Assembly (NCBI GenBank): GCA_004524445.1
Contig: SDNP01000003.1
Span: forward strand, 54,798-118,797
Direction: 5' to 3'
DNA length: 64,000 nt
From: Candidatus Thorarchaeota archaeon
Lineage (GTDB): Archaea > Asgardarchaeota > Thorarchaeia > Thorarchaeales > Thorarchaeaceae
Each line of letters starts with the position of its first letter. Position 1 is the stretch's first letter. The translations under genes and the position numbers were made by a program. The notes under the pieces are model-generated. The model ran no database searches and had not been told where the DNA came from. It saw nothing but the letters and a program-made list of their open reading frames with translations. Of this stretch, positions 35,300 through 45,211 are shown one piece after another.

Positions 35300-36313
35300 T
35301 CATACAGTGCTTCCGCAGTTGGGGCATATGAATTTGCCTTGTGGTATCTCTTCCCCACAGACTCTGCAGGTAATGACCTTTTTGACCCGCATAGTGTCAC
35401 TCATATCCTCTTTGTGTGGCACGAGAATGAATCTATCATCTTCAAACGAAATTCTGAATTGTGATGGGTTTCCAGCCAACTCAAGAAGATCAGTTGGCAT
35501 GGGCAACCTGTAGTTGTTATCAAGCCTAACGACCCTCGTGGCTCCAAGAGTGTCAAGGTCGATGCCCATTCGATGGAATCCCGAAACGATGCCGTCGCGT
35601 ATCTCCACCGTGATGTCCGCCATTGAGGCGACCTGCTGGCTGTGGGTTACAATAAAGAATGATGTCCCAAGGGTATCATTCAGTTCCTTGAACAACTCCA
35701 AAATCCGTTGAGCTGTTTCAGGGTCAAGGTCGCCAGTCGGCTCATCGCATAAAACTAAGCCCTTCCCTTCTGTATCTATTAGGTTTACAAGTGCACTGGC
35801 AATGGCCACTCTTGATCGCTCACCGCCACTCAAGGTGGTGGCTTTGTTCCGTTTTCTCTCTTCTAAGCCAACCAATTTAATCAATCGATTGACACGGTCA
35901 GTTCTAACCTTCTTAGGAACACCAGCGATTCGAGCGGCAAGTTCTACATTTTGCCATGCATTGAGATGAGGCAGCAGATTGTTAACTTGGAACACAAAAC
36001 CAATGAAAGAACGCCGTGCCTCGGTAAGTACACGTTCAGGGATCTTGGTGATATCCTTACGGAGATTAGCCCAGTACACCTTTCCAACTGTGGCTTTTGT
36101 TATTCCTCCGATGATATTTGTCAATGTAGTTTTGCCTGAACCGCTTGGTCCGACCACACACATTATCTTCCCTTCAAGAATTTGCAGAGACACACCACTC
36201 AGTGCAACAGTTTCTAATTCATTTGTCTTGTAAATCTTATAGACGTTCTCAGCGCTGACAACCACATCATCAGGATAGTCACTGTAAATGTCGATTTCCT
36301 CTGCAGTTGTCAT
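35300..36313 (-). CDS. LolD/MacB-type ABC ATPase with C-terminal AbrB-like segment and Zn ribbon
   Basis: [25 protein letters not shown]; tail VRLDNNYRLPMP and CRVC..CPNCG. Confidence 0.9.
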   Translation of the reverse strand: MTTAEEIDIYSDYPDDVVVSAENVYKIYKTNELETVALSGVSLQILEGKIMCVVGPSGSGKTTLTNIIGGITKATVGKVYWANLRKDITKIPERVLTEARRSFIGFVFQVNNLLPHLNAWQNVELAARIAGVPKKVRTDRVNRLIKLVGLEERKRNKATTLSGGERSRVAIASALVNLIDTEGKGLVLCDEPTGDLDPETAQRILELFKELNDTLGTSFFIVTHSQQVASMADITVEIRDGIVSGFHRMGIDLDTLGATRVVRLDNNYRLPMPTDLLELAGNPSQFRISFEDDRFILVPHKEDMSDTMRVKKVITCRVCGEEIPQGKFICPNCGSTV

Positions 36314-36410
36314 ATGAACATCAATCCACACCCATCTTGGCTTTCAGATAAGGTTATTGAGCTAAGCATTCTGCACATCTTTGCTTCTTTATCCATTCTT
36401 TGCATGTTAA

Positions 36411-39329
36411 TCACAAATTCCTGAGAGCCTTGGCCGGATCTACTCTCCCAGCCCGTTTGGCGGGGATATAACAGCTAGCCAACATAACAAGGCTCTCCAG
36501 TGATATGATGACTATCAGCATAGCAATTGGAAATGATAGGACCGCTGCTAGTACTGGAGAGAAAGGTGAAACGCCAAAGGTGAGGATGCTCATAGCGTAC
36601 CCGAAGAGGAACCCAAGAATCAAACTGATAGAGATGGCCGCGACCACAGAGCCGGCAAATTCGCCAAAGACCATGCTGACAACTTGCTTCTGCGTACTAC
36701 CTATTGCTCTAAACAAGGCATACTCCTTACTACGTTCACTCACTGAGGATCCAAGGAACAGAGCAATTGCCGAAAGCCCCATAGCAGCACATAGAGCAAA
36801 TGAGATTACAGTTAATCCTTGAATGCCTGACAAGAATAGCTGCAGCGAATATGATTGTGTTGAGATATCATATGTTTCAACAGTGAAGACATGAGTGTTC
36901 TTCTCTTCTGAGAGATTCTCAATGATAGGAGTTACATCTGCAAAGCATACTGTATCCACCAAAAACAGCTCCGCGCTATCTATGCTACTTCTCTCCGAGA
37001 GAAAGTCAAGGTTCACCAGAGCAAAGCCGCCTTGTCCCGCTTGGAATCCAAACTGTGCAGCAAACGAGGGGCCGTCGATTTCTTGTGTTGAAGCAATCCC
37101 AAAAGCTGGAGCGCTCTTCATAATTCCGACGATTTTGAATGATGACAATAACGTATCTTCAATGCCCCCATAGTAGACCAAGACCCCATCTCCCGTCGTC
37201 TTATTCCACAGGCTTGCATAATATTGACTTATTACAATCCCGTTATCAGTCTGACTTAGTTCCATCAGAATTGAATCAGAAGAATTGCCAACAAAGCTAC
37301 CCTCTGAGAAACGACCTATATTGAGATATCGGATTGGATCAATACCCTCCAGGAAGAATCGGTTAGTAGATACTTGACCCCATGTCTGCATAACGGGGGT
37401 CGCATCTATGACGCCTGGATATGACTTCAGGGTTCTGTTGAAATCGAACGGCTTGGGTTCACATTCAATGCGCATGTCAGCACCTATGGCGTAGGCTAAC
37501 TCGTTATCTACCGTTGCTTGGAAGCTGGATGTCTGAACCAGCATCATTGTTGTCGTGGTGAGAGTCAAGGTAAGAATTACCAGCAGTGGAATAAATTGGC
37601 CCTTGCGTTTCCTTAGACTTTGGCTCAAATATAGACTCTTTTCACCCAAGAGGAAGCTTGTGCTTCCAGACACGCGGGCGGTGAAGTGACGCATTGCACG
37701 AGAACCAAAATATGAAGCGACAAACAACAGCAAGGTTGCAATTAGAGTCTCGAGAATTGCCATCATGCCTATAGGGGGAACTAATGTTGGCATCAATAAT
37801 AGTGCAGAAAGAGTGAATCCAAGCCCAATGCCATATCTCCATCCATTCCCAGTGTCAGCAACCTCATCGGGTTGATTATCCATTGGCTGCCCGACTTCAG
37901 ATACATCAATTCGTCTTGCAACATGGAGCAGGTAGGTCGCAGGGAGATACATAGCAATCACTGCTGCAATTATCAATCCAAGACTAGGCATAGTAAGATG
38001 CGTGATGTAATCCATAAACACTCCAATATCAAAGACAAATAATCCCGTAGAGGATCCGATTAATGGACCCATCACTAGCGAGAGACCAATACCAATCAAA
38101 AGACCAGTTAGAGCAAGAAACAGAGATTCCCACATGAATGTAGAAAATACTTGGTTGTAAGATGCGCCCTTAGCCCTGAGAGCGCTGATTTCTCCCTTTC
38201 GGCGCGACACTGCAGCTTCTGATGTGAATACTGTCAGCATAAGGCTCATGATCAATACGGGGAATGCTACAATCGTCAGAATTTGGCTATCTAGGTAAGT
38301 CTGTATCTGGGCATCCAGTTCCCATATATCAAGCAGGCCGCTAACTTGATACGCAGGAAACTCTTCCTCAAATTGTGACTTGAAAGTTATGAGATTGTCA
38401 GCGAAATTCTCAGAACCTCTGGCAATTAATTCGCTCTCAGACGCGCGGACAAGGATGGAGGATTTAAAGTACCCCCAATTTGCAATCTCTTCTGTTTTTT
38501 CTTCGCCTATTTCACTGGAGAGCACAATTACTGAGTCCTCAATTCCGAGGACGGATTCAGCAAAACCTAGAGGATCCCAATTCTTGCGCATGACGGAAAC
38601 GAATGCATTCCCAATCTGTGAGTTTAGGTCCTTGATGCTGTAAATGCCTGCGATTGTTAGGTTATGAGCGGGTTCAACGTTTAGCTCTTCACGAGAACGT
38701 AATTGCCCTGCTCTCTGTTCATGAGCAATAATGTCGATGTCCACTTCATCTCCAATCTCAAGTTCGATGTCTAGTACATCTTGTGTATAAGATATGAACC
38801 CCTCAGATACAAGCAGCTCTCCATGATTTAGGGTGAACTTACCTGTGTAATCGAATTCCCGTGACCAATACCCGAGTATCTCATTATTGGTCAGAATCAC
38901 GCGACCATCCTTAACTCCTTCTGCATAGTTGTATTGATAGCTACCATATGCATCATAGTACTCCCAATCCGGAAAAGTATCGTTTGCCAAAACGCCCACT
39001 GTCGAAACAACACGATGGACTGCATCCGTTAGAGGATGATCTTCTGCACTCTCTATTATGCTATCAAGCAGTCTCCTATCATACAGGGCATTTGGCTTCA
39101 AGCGAAGAGACATTTGATACGTATTCTCTTCGAAGTAACTTGTAACAACTAAGGTTGTACCCGTATTGGACCACACGAACACAGTGGTAGGCAGCGCAAT
39201 TCCGATGGCCAGGACTAACGCAATACCCATATTTCGAGTGGGATATTTCGTTATGGAAGAGAGGGCATATGACAGAGACCATGTTGAGCTGCCCTTCATC
39301 CGTCGTCGGGGGTTTGTTGTTTTCGCCAT
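36411..39329 (-). CDS. MacB/FtsX-family ABC permease (tandem double module)
   Basis: Two repeats of TM, large ectodomain, 3 TM; RKGEISALRAKGA and RSKEYALFRAIG motifs; ends PAKRA..DPAKALR. Confidence 0.9.
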   Translation of the reverse strand: MAKTTNPRRRMKGSSTWSLSYALSSITKYPTRNMGIALVLAIGIALPTTVFVWSNTGTTLVVTSYFEENTYQMSLRLKPNALYDRRLLDSIIESAEDHPLTDAVHRVVSTVGVLANDTFPDWEYYDAYGSYQYNYAEGVKDGRVILTNNEILGYWSREFDYTGKFTLNHGELLVSEGFISYTQDVLDIELEIGDEVDIDIIAHEQRAGQLRSREELNVEPAHNLTIAGIYSIKDLNSQIGNAFVSVMRKNWDPLGFAESVLGIEDSVIVLSSEIGEEKTEEIANWGYFKSSILVRASESELIARGSENFADNLITFKSQFEEEFPAYQVSGLLDIWELDAQIQTYLDSQILTIVAFPVLIMSLMLTVFTSEAAVSRRKGEISALRAKGASYNQVFSTFMWESLFLALTGLLIGIGLSLVMGPLIGSSTGLFVFDIGVFMDYITHLTMPSLGLIIAAVIAMYLPATYLLHVARRIDVSEVGQPMDNQPDEVADTGNGWRYGIGLGFTLSALLLMPTLVPPIGMMAILETLIATLLLFVASYFGSRAMRHFTARVSGSTSFLLGEKSLYLSQSLRKRKGQFIPLLVILTLTLTTTTMMLVQTSSFQATVDNELAYAIGADMRIECEPKPFDFNRTLKSYPGVIDATPVMQTWGQVSTNRFFLEGIDPIRYLNIGRFSEGSFVGNSSDSILMELSQTDNGIVISQYYASLWNKTTGDGVLVYYGGIEDTLLSSFKIVGIMKSAPAFGIASTQEIDGPSFAAQFGFQAGQGGFALVNLDFLSERSSIDSAELFLVDTVCFADVTPIIENLSEEKNTHVFTVETYDISTQSYSLQLFLSGIQGLTVISFALCAAMGLSAIALFLGSSVSERSKEYALFRAIGSTQKQVVSMVFGEFAGSVVAAISISLILGFLFGYAMSILTFGVSPFSPVLAAVLSFPIAMLIVIISLESLVMLASCYIPAKRAGRVDPAKALRNL

Positions 39330-39338
39330 TATTTTTCC

Positions 39339-42227
39339 TCATAGATTTCGTAGTACTATAGCAGGGTCAGTCTTTGATGCCTGTACTGCTGGCCAATAAG
39401 CCCCTGCAATCATGGCACCGATTTCAATTAGTAAGACAGTGGTAAGGAATCCTATCGGGAATGAGATGACTGCTTGGAGAACTCTAGCAAAAGGACTCAT
39501 CGAAAAGACCACTGCACTCATGACATATCCAAATATTGTCCCTAGCACCAGACTCAGTGTTAGAGACGCAAAGACGATACCAGAAAACTCCGACAATACC
39601 ACACGAACAATTTGGCTCTTTGATCCACCTACTGCTCTAAGAATGGCATAGTCCCGTTTTCTCTCTCGAACAACTGAACCGAGGAATAATGTCAGAGCGA
39701 ACATGCTTAGAATCATTGACATAGCAAATCCAATTGAGAACAACCCTTCTACTGTGCTAAGGAATAGTGCGGTTCCAAACGAGAACCGATCCAATTCAAA
39801 AGACTCCGGAGTGGTTGCAGAAACGCCTGGAAGGTCATTTAATGCTCGCAAAACCAAATCCTGGTCAGTTACACAAACCAAGTCAGCAAGAAATAGATTC
39901 GCAGTAGATATCTCAGTTCTCTCAGATATGTAATCAATATTGGCAATTGCAAATCCAGAGTATCTAGCCTGGAAACCAAACGCCGGCCCCAGCCTTGATG
40001 GAGGTATATCTTCTGCTGATGCATATCCAAAACCAGGAGCACTCTGCACCAGACCGACAACTTGGAGACTGACATATACTGCTTGAAGTCTACCACCAAT
40101 ACGAAGATTCAGGTTATCGCCAATGGTTTTATTCCATCTGGTAGCGTGATAGTTGCTCAGTATAATACCATTCGGAGTGGATGAGAGCCGCGATAGGAGG
40201 AAGCCTGAATCCTCTCCATAGAAACTGGAGGAGTCGAATTTCCCAATCAGCGAGTATTCAATAGCATCTACGGCTTCAAGTGTCATACGTTCGGTTCCAA
40301 GTTGGGCCCAGGTCCTTAGAATTGGAGTTGCTCGGTTAACACCGGGATACTCCTCCAATGCTTCTCCAAACGAGAATGGCCTGGAGGTAGTCCCCACCCG
40401 CAAATCAGCACCAAGGGCGTAGGAAATCTCTTTCTGCAGATCTGCTTGAAAGCTCTCTGCTTGAACAGTAAAAGCAATTGTGGAGGAGAGGGTCAGAGAT
40501 AGAACAACCATCAGCGGTACAACTCGTCCTTTTCTCATCCTGAGATTCCCAGATGAAATCATATTCTTTTCACCAAGAAGAAATGAGAGGCGGGAGGTGA
40601 ATTTGGCAAAGCCCACTCGGGTGATTCTTGATCCATTATAAGATAGAAAGAACCAAGCTGCAGTACCTAGACCGATTTCCACCAGTAAGAGAATAGGATT
40701 TCCCGGAACAAATAGAACCGCGGCCATGACCAGCCCCAGCAGGACTGCTGAAGCTCCGATTGTGAAGCCATAGGCAGGTTGCTCGGATGTTTCAGTATCT
40801 GCAGTCTCCATAAGTTGGCTTCCTATCTCGGTTAGAGCTGCATTTCTAGCAGAATTCAAGATGAATAGCAACGGAGGAAGAATGCATACCAGAATAGTAG
40901 TAAAAATGCTCTGGGGATTGAGAACAGTTTGTGATAGATAGTAGGAGTAGATTTCCCAATCAAAGCTCATGAAACCCGTTGCAGCAGGAATGAGTGCGGC
41001 AAATAGCATACTCAGAATAAGACCGAGAGCTACACTAATTGATGCAATTATGATTGATTCAGCGAAGAAGATCCCGTATATCTGACGGGAACTGGCACCC
41101 TTTGATCTTAGAGCGCTGACCTCAGTCTTTCTGGTCGCCATGAAGGTGTCTGCAGCAAATACTGATAGAAACAACGCAAGAATGAAAATAGGCAGATTGA
41201 GCAAAGCCAGAGGCATAGTTTGGATGTAAGTATCAACAAGATTCTGGAGGTACAAAACCTCATCCAACCCTTCAACAACAACAGAAAATTGTTCCTCAAT
41301 TCGAGTCTTCAGCGTTATAAGATTCTCAGAAATGATTTCTAGTCCCGCAGCAACAAGAGAGCTGCTGGATGCCCTGATGAAGGTTTTTGCCCCAAAGAAC
41401 CCAACTTCAGGCAGACCGCCTGTATCCACAGCACTTGAAAGCACCATTATACTATCGCGAATACCGAGGACAGGGGCATCATAATTGACATAATCGTAAT
41501 TGCTACGCCGTTGCGATGGAAAAGCGGTCTCTATTATGGAGTTGTATCCCTCAATCTCGTATATTCCAACAATAGTCAACGAATCAAGGCTTGTTCTGGC
41601 CATATCGCCAATAATACCTTCAGTACCTGTTGGGCGCCGAGTCAATAGTTCTACACTTATTGTTGAGTTCACTGTCAGTGTCTGCCCAAATACCTCATAC
41701 ACATAGTTAACAAACTGCGTTGAAACCAAAGCCTTGTCATCACTCAACGCGAATCTTCCTTCAACCTCGAATTGGCCTTTGGATTGTTCAAGGAATTCAT
41801 TGTCTACAAAGATAACCTCACAGTCCTTGATTCCATTGGTATATATTGGGAGATCCAGCCCGTATGCAGTATCATCAGGGAGCTGAGTACCATAGACCAA
41901 TCCAACTGTTGAATTTATTCTTGTTGTGCTATCAACGAAATCACTGCTAGAGGCATACAACGAGGCTGCGTCAACAGACTCGGTTTGTCCTGGTGCATTT
42001 GTAAGAAGTAATTGGAATGCATTTTCATCAAAGTATTCCTCTATACTCACTTGTACTCCGGTATCAGCCCAAATCATAGCTGAACCAATAAGAGAAAACC
42101 CGAGGCTGAGAGTTAGTGCGAGACTCAATGCCCTAAATGGAAATGCCCTCATAGAGCTCAGGGCATATGAGAATGAGTAAGCACGATTACCGGGAAGCTT
42201 GCGGTAATTCCGTTTTCTATCAGCCAA
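39339..42227 (-). CDS. MacB/FtsX-family ABC permease (tandem double module), paralogue
   Basis: Same architecture (RKTEVSALRSKGA, RKRDYAILRAVG). Start moved to TTG 42227, behind GGAGG. Confidence 0.9.
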   Translation of the reverse strand: MADRKRNYRKLPGNRAYSFSYALSSMRAFPFRALSLALTLSLGFSLIGSAMIWADTGVQVSIEEYFDENAFQLLLTNAPGQTESVDAASLYASSSDFVDSTTRINSTVGLVYGTQLPDDTAYGLDLPIYTNGIKDCEVIFVDNEFLEQSKGQFEVEGRFALSDDKALVSTQFVNYVYEVFGQTLTVNSTISVELLTRRPTGTEGIIGDMARTSLDSLTIVGIYEIEGYNSIIETAFPSQRRSNYDYVNYDAPVLGIRDSIMVLSSAVDTGGLPEVGFFGAKTFIRASSSSLVAAGLEIISENLITLKTRIEEQFSVVVEGLDEVLYLQNLVDTYIQTMPLALLNLPIFILALFLSVFAADTFMATRKTEVSALRSKGASSRQIYGIFFAESIIIASISVALGLILSMLFAALIPAATGFMSFDWEIYSYYLSQTVLNPQSIFTTILVCILPPLLFILNSARNAALTEIGSQLMETADTETSEQPAYGFTIGASAVLLGLVMAAVLFVPGNPILLLVEIGLGTAAWFFLSYNGSRITRVGFAKFTSRLSFLLGEKNMISSGNLRMRKGRVVPLMVVLSLTLSSTIAFTVQAESFQADLQKEISYALGADLRVGTTSRPFSFGEALEEYPGVNRATPILRTWAQLGTERMTLEAVDAIEYSLIGKFDSSSFYGEDSGFLLSRLSSTPNGIILSNYHATRWNKTIGDNLNLRIGGRLQAVYVSLQVVGLVQSAPGFGYASAEDIPPSRLGPAFGFQARYSGFAIANIDYISERTEISTANLFLADLVCVTDQDLVLRALNDLPGVSATTPESFELDRFSFGTALFLSTVEGLFSIGFAMSMILSMFALTLFLGSVVRERKRDYAILRAVGGSKSQIVRVVLSEFSGIVFASLTLSLVLGTIFGYVMSAVVFSMSPFARVLQAVISFPIGFLTTVLLIEIGAMIAGAYWPAVQASKTDPAIVLRNL

Positions 42228-42231
42228 AGAA

Positions 42232-43014
42232 TCAACCCTCCACCGCAGTGTCCTTTTGATCCCGTACTGTATCCGAAGGACGCGACTCAACATCGACCCC
42301 ACTTGCTCTGAAGAACTCGCCAATAAGTTCGTCGACCAATTGTCCGTCCCTAAGCAACAGGATTCTATCAGCCATTCTTGCGGTTTCTGGATCGTGCGTG
42401 ACTGTGATAACTGCTCGATTCTCCCCTTTAGCCAAGTCCCTCATGAGTTTGATAATCTCTCCACCGGTCTTGTGATCCAAATCGCCAGTCGGCTCGTCGC
42501 ATAGCAGCACAGTCGGATTATTTGCCAGTGCACGAGCCAGGGCGACCCGCGACCGCATTCCGCCTGAGAGTTCATGTGGCATATGGTGAGCACGGTGGTC
42601 CACACCAACTGCTTCAAGAAGTTTTATCGCACGCCCGTATCGCTCTTTGGCACGCACTTCATCCAGGAGCATAGGAACTTGCACATTTTCTATTGCAGAA
42701 AAGATAGGAAGAAGGTGTTGGTCCTGGAACAGCACACCGATGTTATGACGCCGCATTTCCGACATGTCTTCATCATTGAGCTTGGTTATCTCGACCCCAT
42801 TCACTATGATCTCGCCAGCTGTGGGGCGATCAAGCCCACCTATGAGATTCAAAAGGGTGGTCTTCCCGGAACCGCTTGCTCCAACGATGGCAACGAATTC
42901 ACCTCGGTTAACGGCTAGGTCAGTACCTCTGAGTACTTTGATGATTCTTCGACCATCTTCAAATTCTCGATAGAGGTCTATACATTGTACTGCAACATTG
43001 CTGTCCAAGGGCAT
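42232..43014 (-). CDS. LolD/MacB-type ABC ATPase
   Basis: [25 protein letters not shown]; start at ATG 43014. Confidence 0.92.
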   Translation of the reverse strand: MPLDSNVAVQCIDLYREFEDGRRIIKVLRGTDLAVNRGEFVAIVGASGSGKTTLLNLIGGLDRPTAGEIIVNGVEITKLNDEDMSEMRRHNIGVLFQDQHLLPIFSAIENVQVPMLLDEVRAKERYGRAIKLLEAVGVDHRAHHMPHELSGGMRSRVALARALANNPTVLLCDEPTGDLDHKTGGEIIKLMRDLAKGENRAVITVTHDPETARMADRILLLRDGQLVDELIGEFFRASGVDVESRPSDTVRDQKDTAVEG

Positions 43015-43126
43015 TTTGCTCCTTCCAGCTTGACGAACGCAACTGATTTTTAAGCTTACTACAATAGCAACGTAAAACAGCGGAATTCGGAAACTATAAC
43101 TGACCTTGCCTTTCGACACAGTCAGT

Positions 43127-45130
43127 ATGAGAAGGAGAATGCTTGCCGTTTTGGTCGTTTTCGTTGTTATAGCCTCAACCACATCATTTTCTGATGTCAC
43201 ACCTCCAAACGAAATTGAAGCCGAAAAATTGCATTCTCTTGATCATGTATTGGCTCAGGGTGAAACGCTTGATGTCTACAACATATGGAGCTCGGTTTAT
43301 TCCGCCATAAGCCAATCGAACATCCAATCAATCACTAAGACAATATCTGAAGACTATGAGAACCGTATCTGGTACCCCTTGCATAAAGAGGGTTCTGATC
43401 CACTCATTGGGGCGTGGAACTATGTTAATTCAACCCTCAAATCGTATACAAACAATGAACTGGGATTTAGGTTTGTGACGGAAGAGAAGACGCTTGTTGC
43501 GATACAGCAGGGAACTGATCCACATTCGGCACCAATAGTGTTTGCAGCAAACATTGCAGGCCGGTATTCTCCGGGCGCAAACATGTGGGGCGCGGCGGTA
43601 GGCGCCGTCCTAGAGATTTCTCGTGTACTCCATAGCTACAACTTCACCAACGATGTCTACTACGTGCTCGTAAACGCCTATTCCTCTACATACGGTGTAG
43701 TATCGGGAAATCTAGGTATTCAGAGCCTCATAGAGCACCTAAATGAAACTGGGACCAAGCCGTCTGCACTATTCTGGTTTGACCGTCTTCTCTACAGGGA
43801 TAGCGGAGAAGTGCTGGGCGATATGGTTCCCCTTCACTACGATACGCTTGAGAGTGGATTCGGTTCCGAAGAGCTCGTTGTACAACTGGCGGAACAGGCC
43901 TCAACTAGAGTTGGGAGTGGGAGAGTCTTTGCTATTCATGAACCGGGTTCATACTTCTGGTCAGGAACGGGAGCGGCGGAGGCATGGGTACGAGGAACTC
44001 CCGGCTTCTCATTTTCGCAGTATAGCGCAGGTGGTTTGGGAGGAGGATCAAATGACCAGTGGGATGCCACAATATATGATTACTCGCAGGCAAGAGAAGC
44101 GGCGGGAGTTGCAGCCTGTGTAGCGGCATTTCTCGGAAACATGGGCAATGGCAAGAAGCCCCAATTCTCTGGCTCAAATAGCATTGCAGTCGATGCTAGC
44201 AGGAGGTATAGTGTCCCTGTATCGGGTATGTCATTTCTGAACGCCACAATCATATGGGTGGCTAACACTACGCTAAATGCTGAAATCATCGATCCCTTTG
44301 GTACGTCTGTTTATTCGGTAAACGAATCTGACGGGCCTATTGACATAGAGTACTTACCGGTAACCAAAGGCGTGCATAACATAACGGTAGAGAATCCGGG
44401 CAATGAATCAGCAATAATTCAATACACATTCTCACACTGGCATGATTATGACCAAGATAATCTAGATGACCATGAAGAGTTCATTTTTGGAACGAACTCA
44501 CTTTCAGAAGACTCTGATAATGACTTGCTTCGGGATGACTTGGAACGGGATTTAGGTACCGACCCCAGAAATGCAGACACTGATTCAGATGGTGCAATGG
44601 ATGGCATAGAGTATATCATTGGGTCTGACCCGCTCATTCAAGACACAGACTCTGACGGTATTCTCGATGGTGAAGAAATCGAACTGGGGATGAATGCCAC
44701 AAGCAACGATACGGATGGCGATGGGCTCTTAGATGGATATGAGCTCAGAGAGTTGGGAACTGACCCACTATCAAATGACTCGGATTCAGATGGCCTCACC
44801 GATTATGACGAGGTTATGATTTACATGACTGACCCTTTATCGCCTGATACCGATGGAGATGGGTTGAGTGACCTCTTCGAGGTATTGAATGGTCTTGATC
44901 CTCTATCGACTGATACTGATGGAGATGGTTTATCCGACGCATATGAAGTCGAACACTGTCTAAAGCCCTTCGACCCGGACACGGATGGAGATGGCATCCC
45001 TGATGGTCTTGATTGGGCCCCCAGAGAGCACTGGATAGCGACTTTGCCAATTATGGGCCTTGGATTATTCACAGCTGCAATAGTGGTTTTCTTGCTCAAG
45101 AAGCGCCAGGAGTATCTACAGGGTGGATAA
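43127..45130 (+). CDS. Surface protein: degenerate M28 peptidase-like domain, beta-sandwich, 9 Ca-binding (TSP type-3-like) repeats, C-terminal TM
   Basis: Signal peptide; PGAN...AVLEISR M28 pattern; DxDxDG repeats; TM followed by KKR. Confidence 0.8.
   Translation: MRRRMLAVLVVFVVIASTTSFSDVTPPNEIEAEKLHSLDHVLAQGETLDVYNIWSSVYSAISQSNIQSITKTISEDYENRIWYPLHKEGSDPLIGAWNYVNSTLKSYTNNELGFRFVTEEKTLVAIQQGTDPHSAPIVFAANIAGRYSPGANMWGAAVGAVLEISRVLHSYNFTNDVYYVLVNAYSSTYGVVSGNLGIQSLIEHLNETGTKPSALFWFDRLLYRDSGEVLGDMVPLHYDTLESGFGSEELVVQLAEQASTRVGSGRVFAIHEPGSYFWSGTGAAEAWVRGTPGFSFSQYSAGGLGGGSNDQWDATIYDYSQAREAAGVAACVAAFLGNMGNGKKPQFSGSNSIAVDASRRYSVPVSGMSFLNATIIWVANTTLNAEIIDPFGTSVYSVNESDGPIDIEYLPVTKGVHNITVENPGNESAIIQYTFSHWHDYDQDNLDDHEEFIFGTNSLSEDSDNDLLRDDLERDLGTDPRNADTDSDGAMDGIEYIIGSDPLIQDTDSDGILDGEEIELGMNATSNDTDGDGLLDGYELRELGTDPLSNDSDSDGLTDYDEVMIYMTDPLSPDTDGDGLSDLFEVLNGLDPLSTDTDGDGLSDAYEVEHCLKPFDPDTDGDGIPDGLDWAPREHWIATLPIMGLGLFTAAIVVFLLKKRQEYLQGG
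44444..45013 (+). repeat. Nine DxDxDG-type Ca-binding repeats, about 22-23 aa each
   Basis: DYDQD, DSDND, DTDSDG twice, DTDGDG, DSDSDG, DTDGDG three times. Confidence 0.85.
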
Positions 45131-45211
45131 CTTGTGAATGCTTCAGTGACCGCGGCATGCAGATGCTGGGTTGGCAAGCTATTTAATCGGACTCGAATTC
45201 AAAGGGGCAAG

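Noticed and set aside
42228-42323. Long overlap or frameshift fusion between the ABC ATPase and the permease
   Set aside because: A TTG start at 42227 with a GGAGG SD removes the overlap
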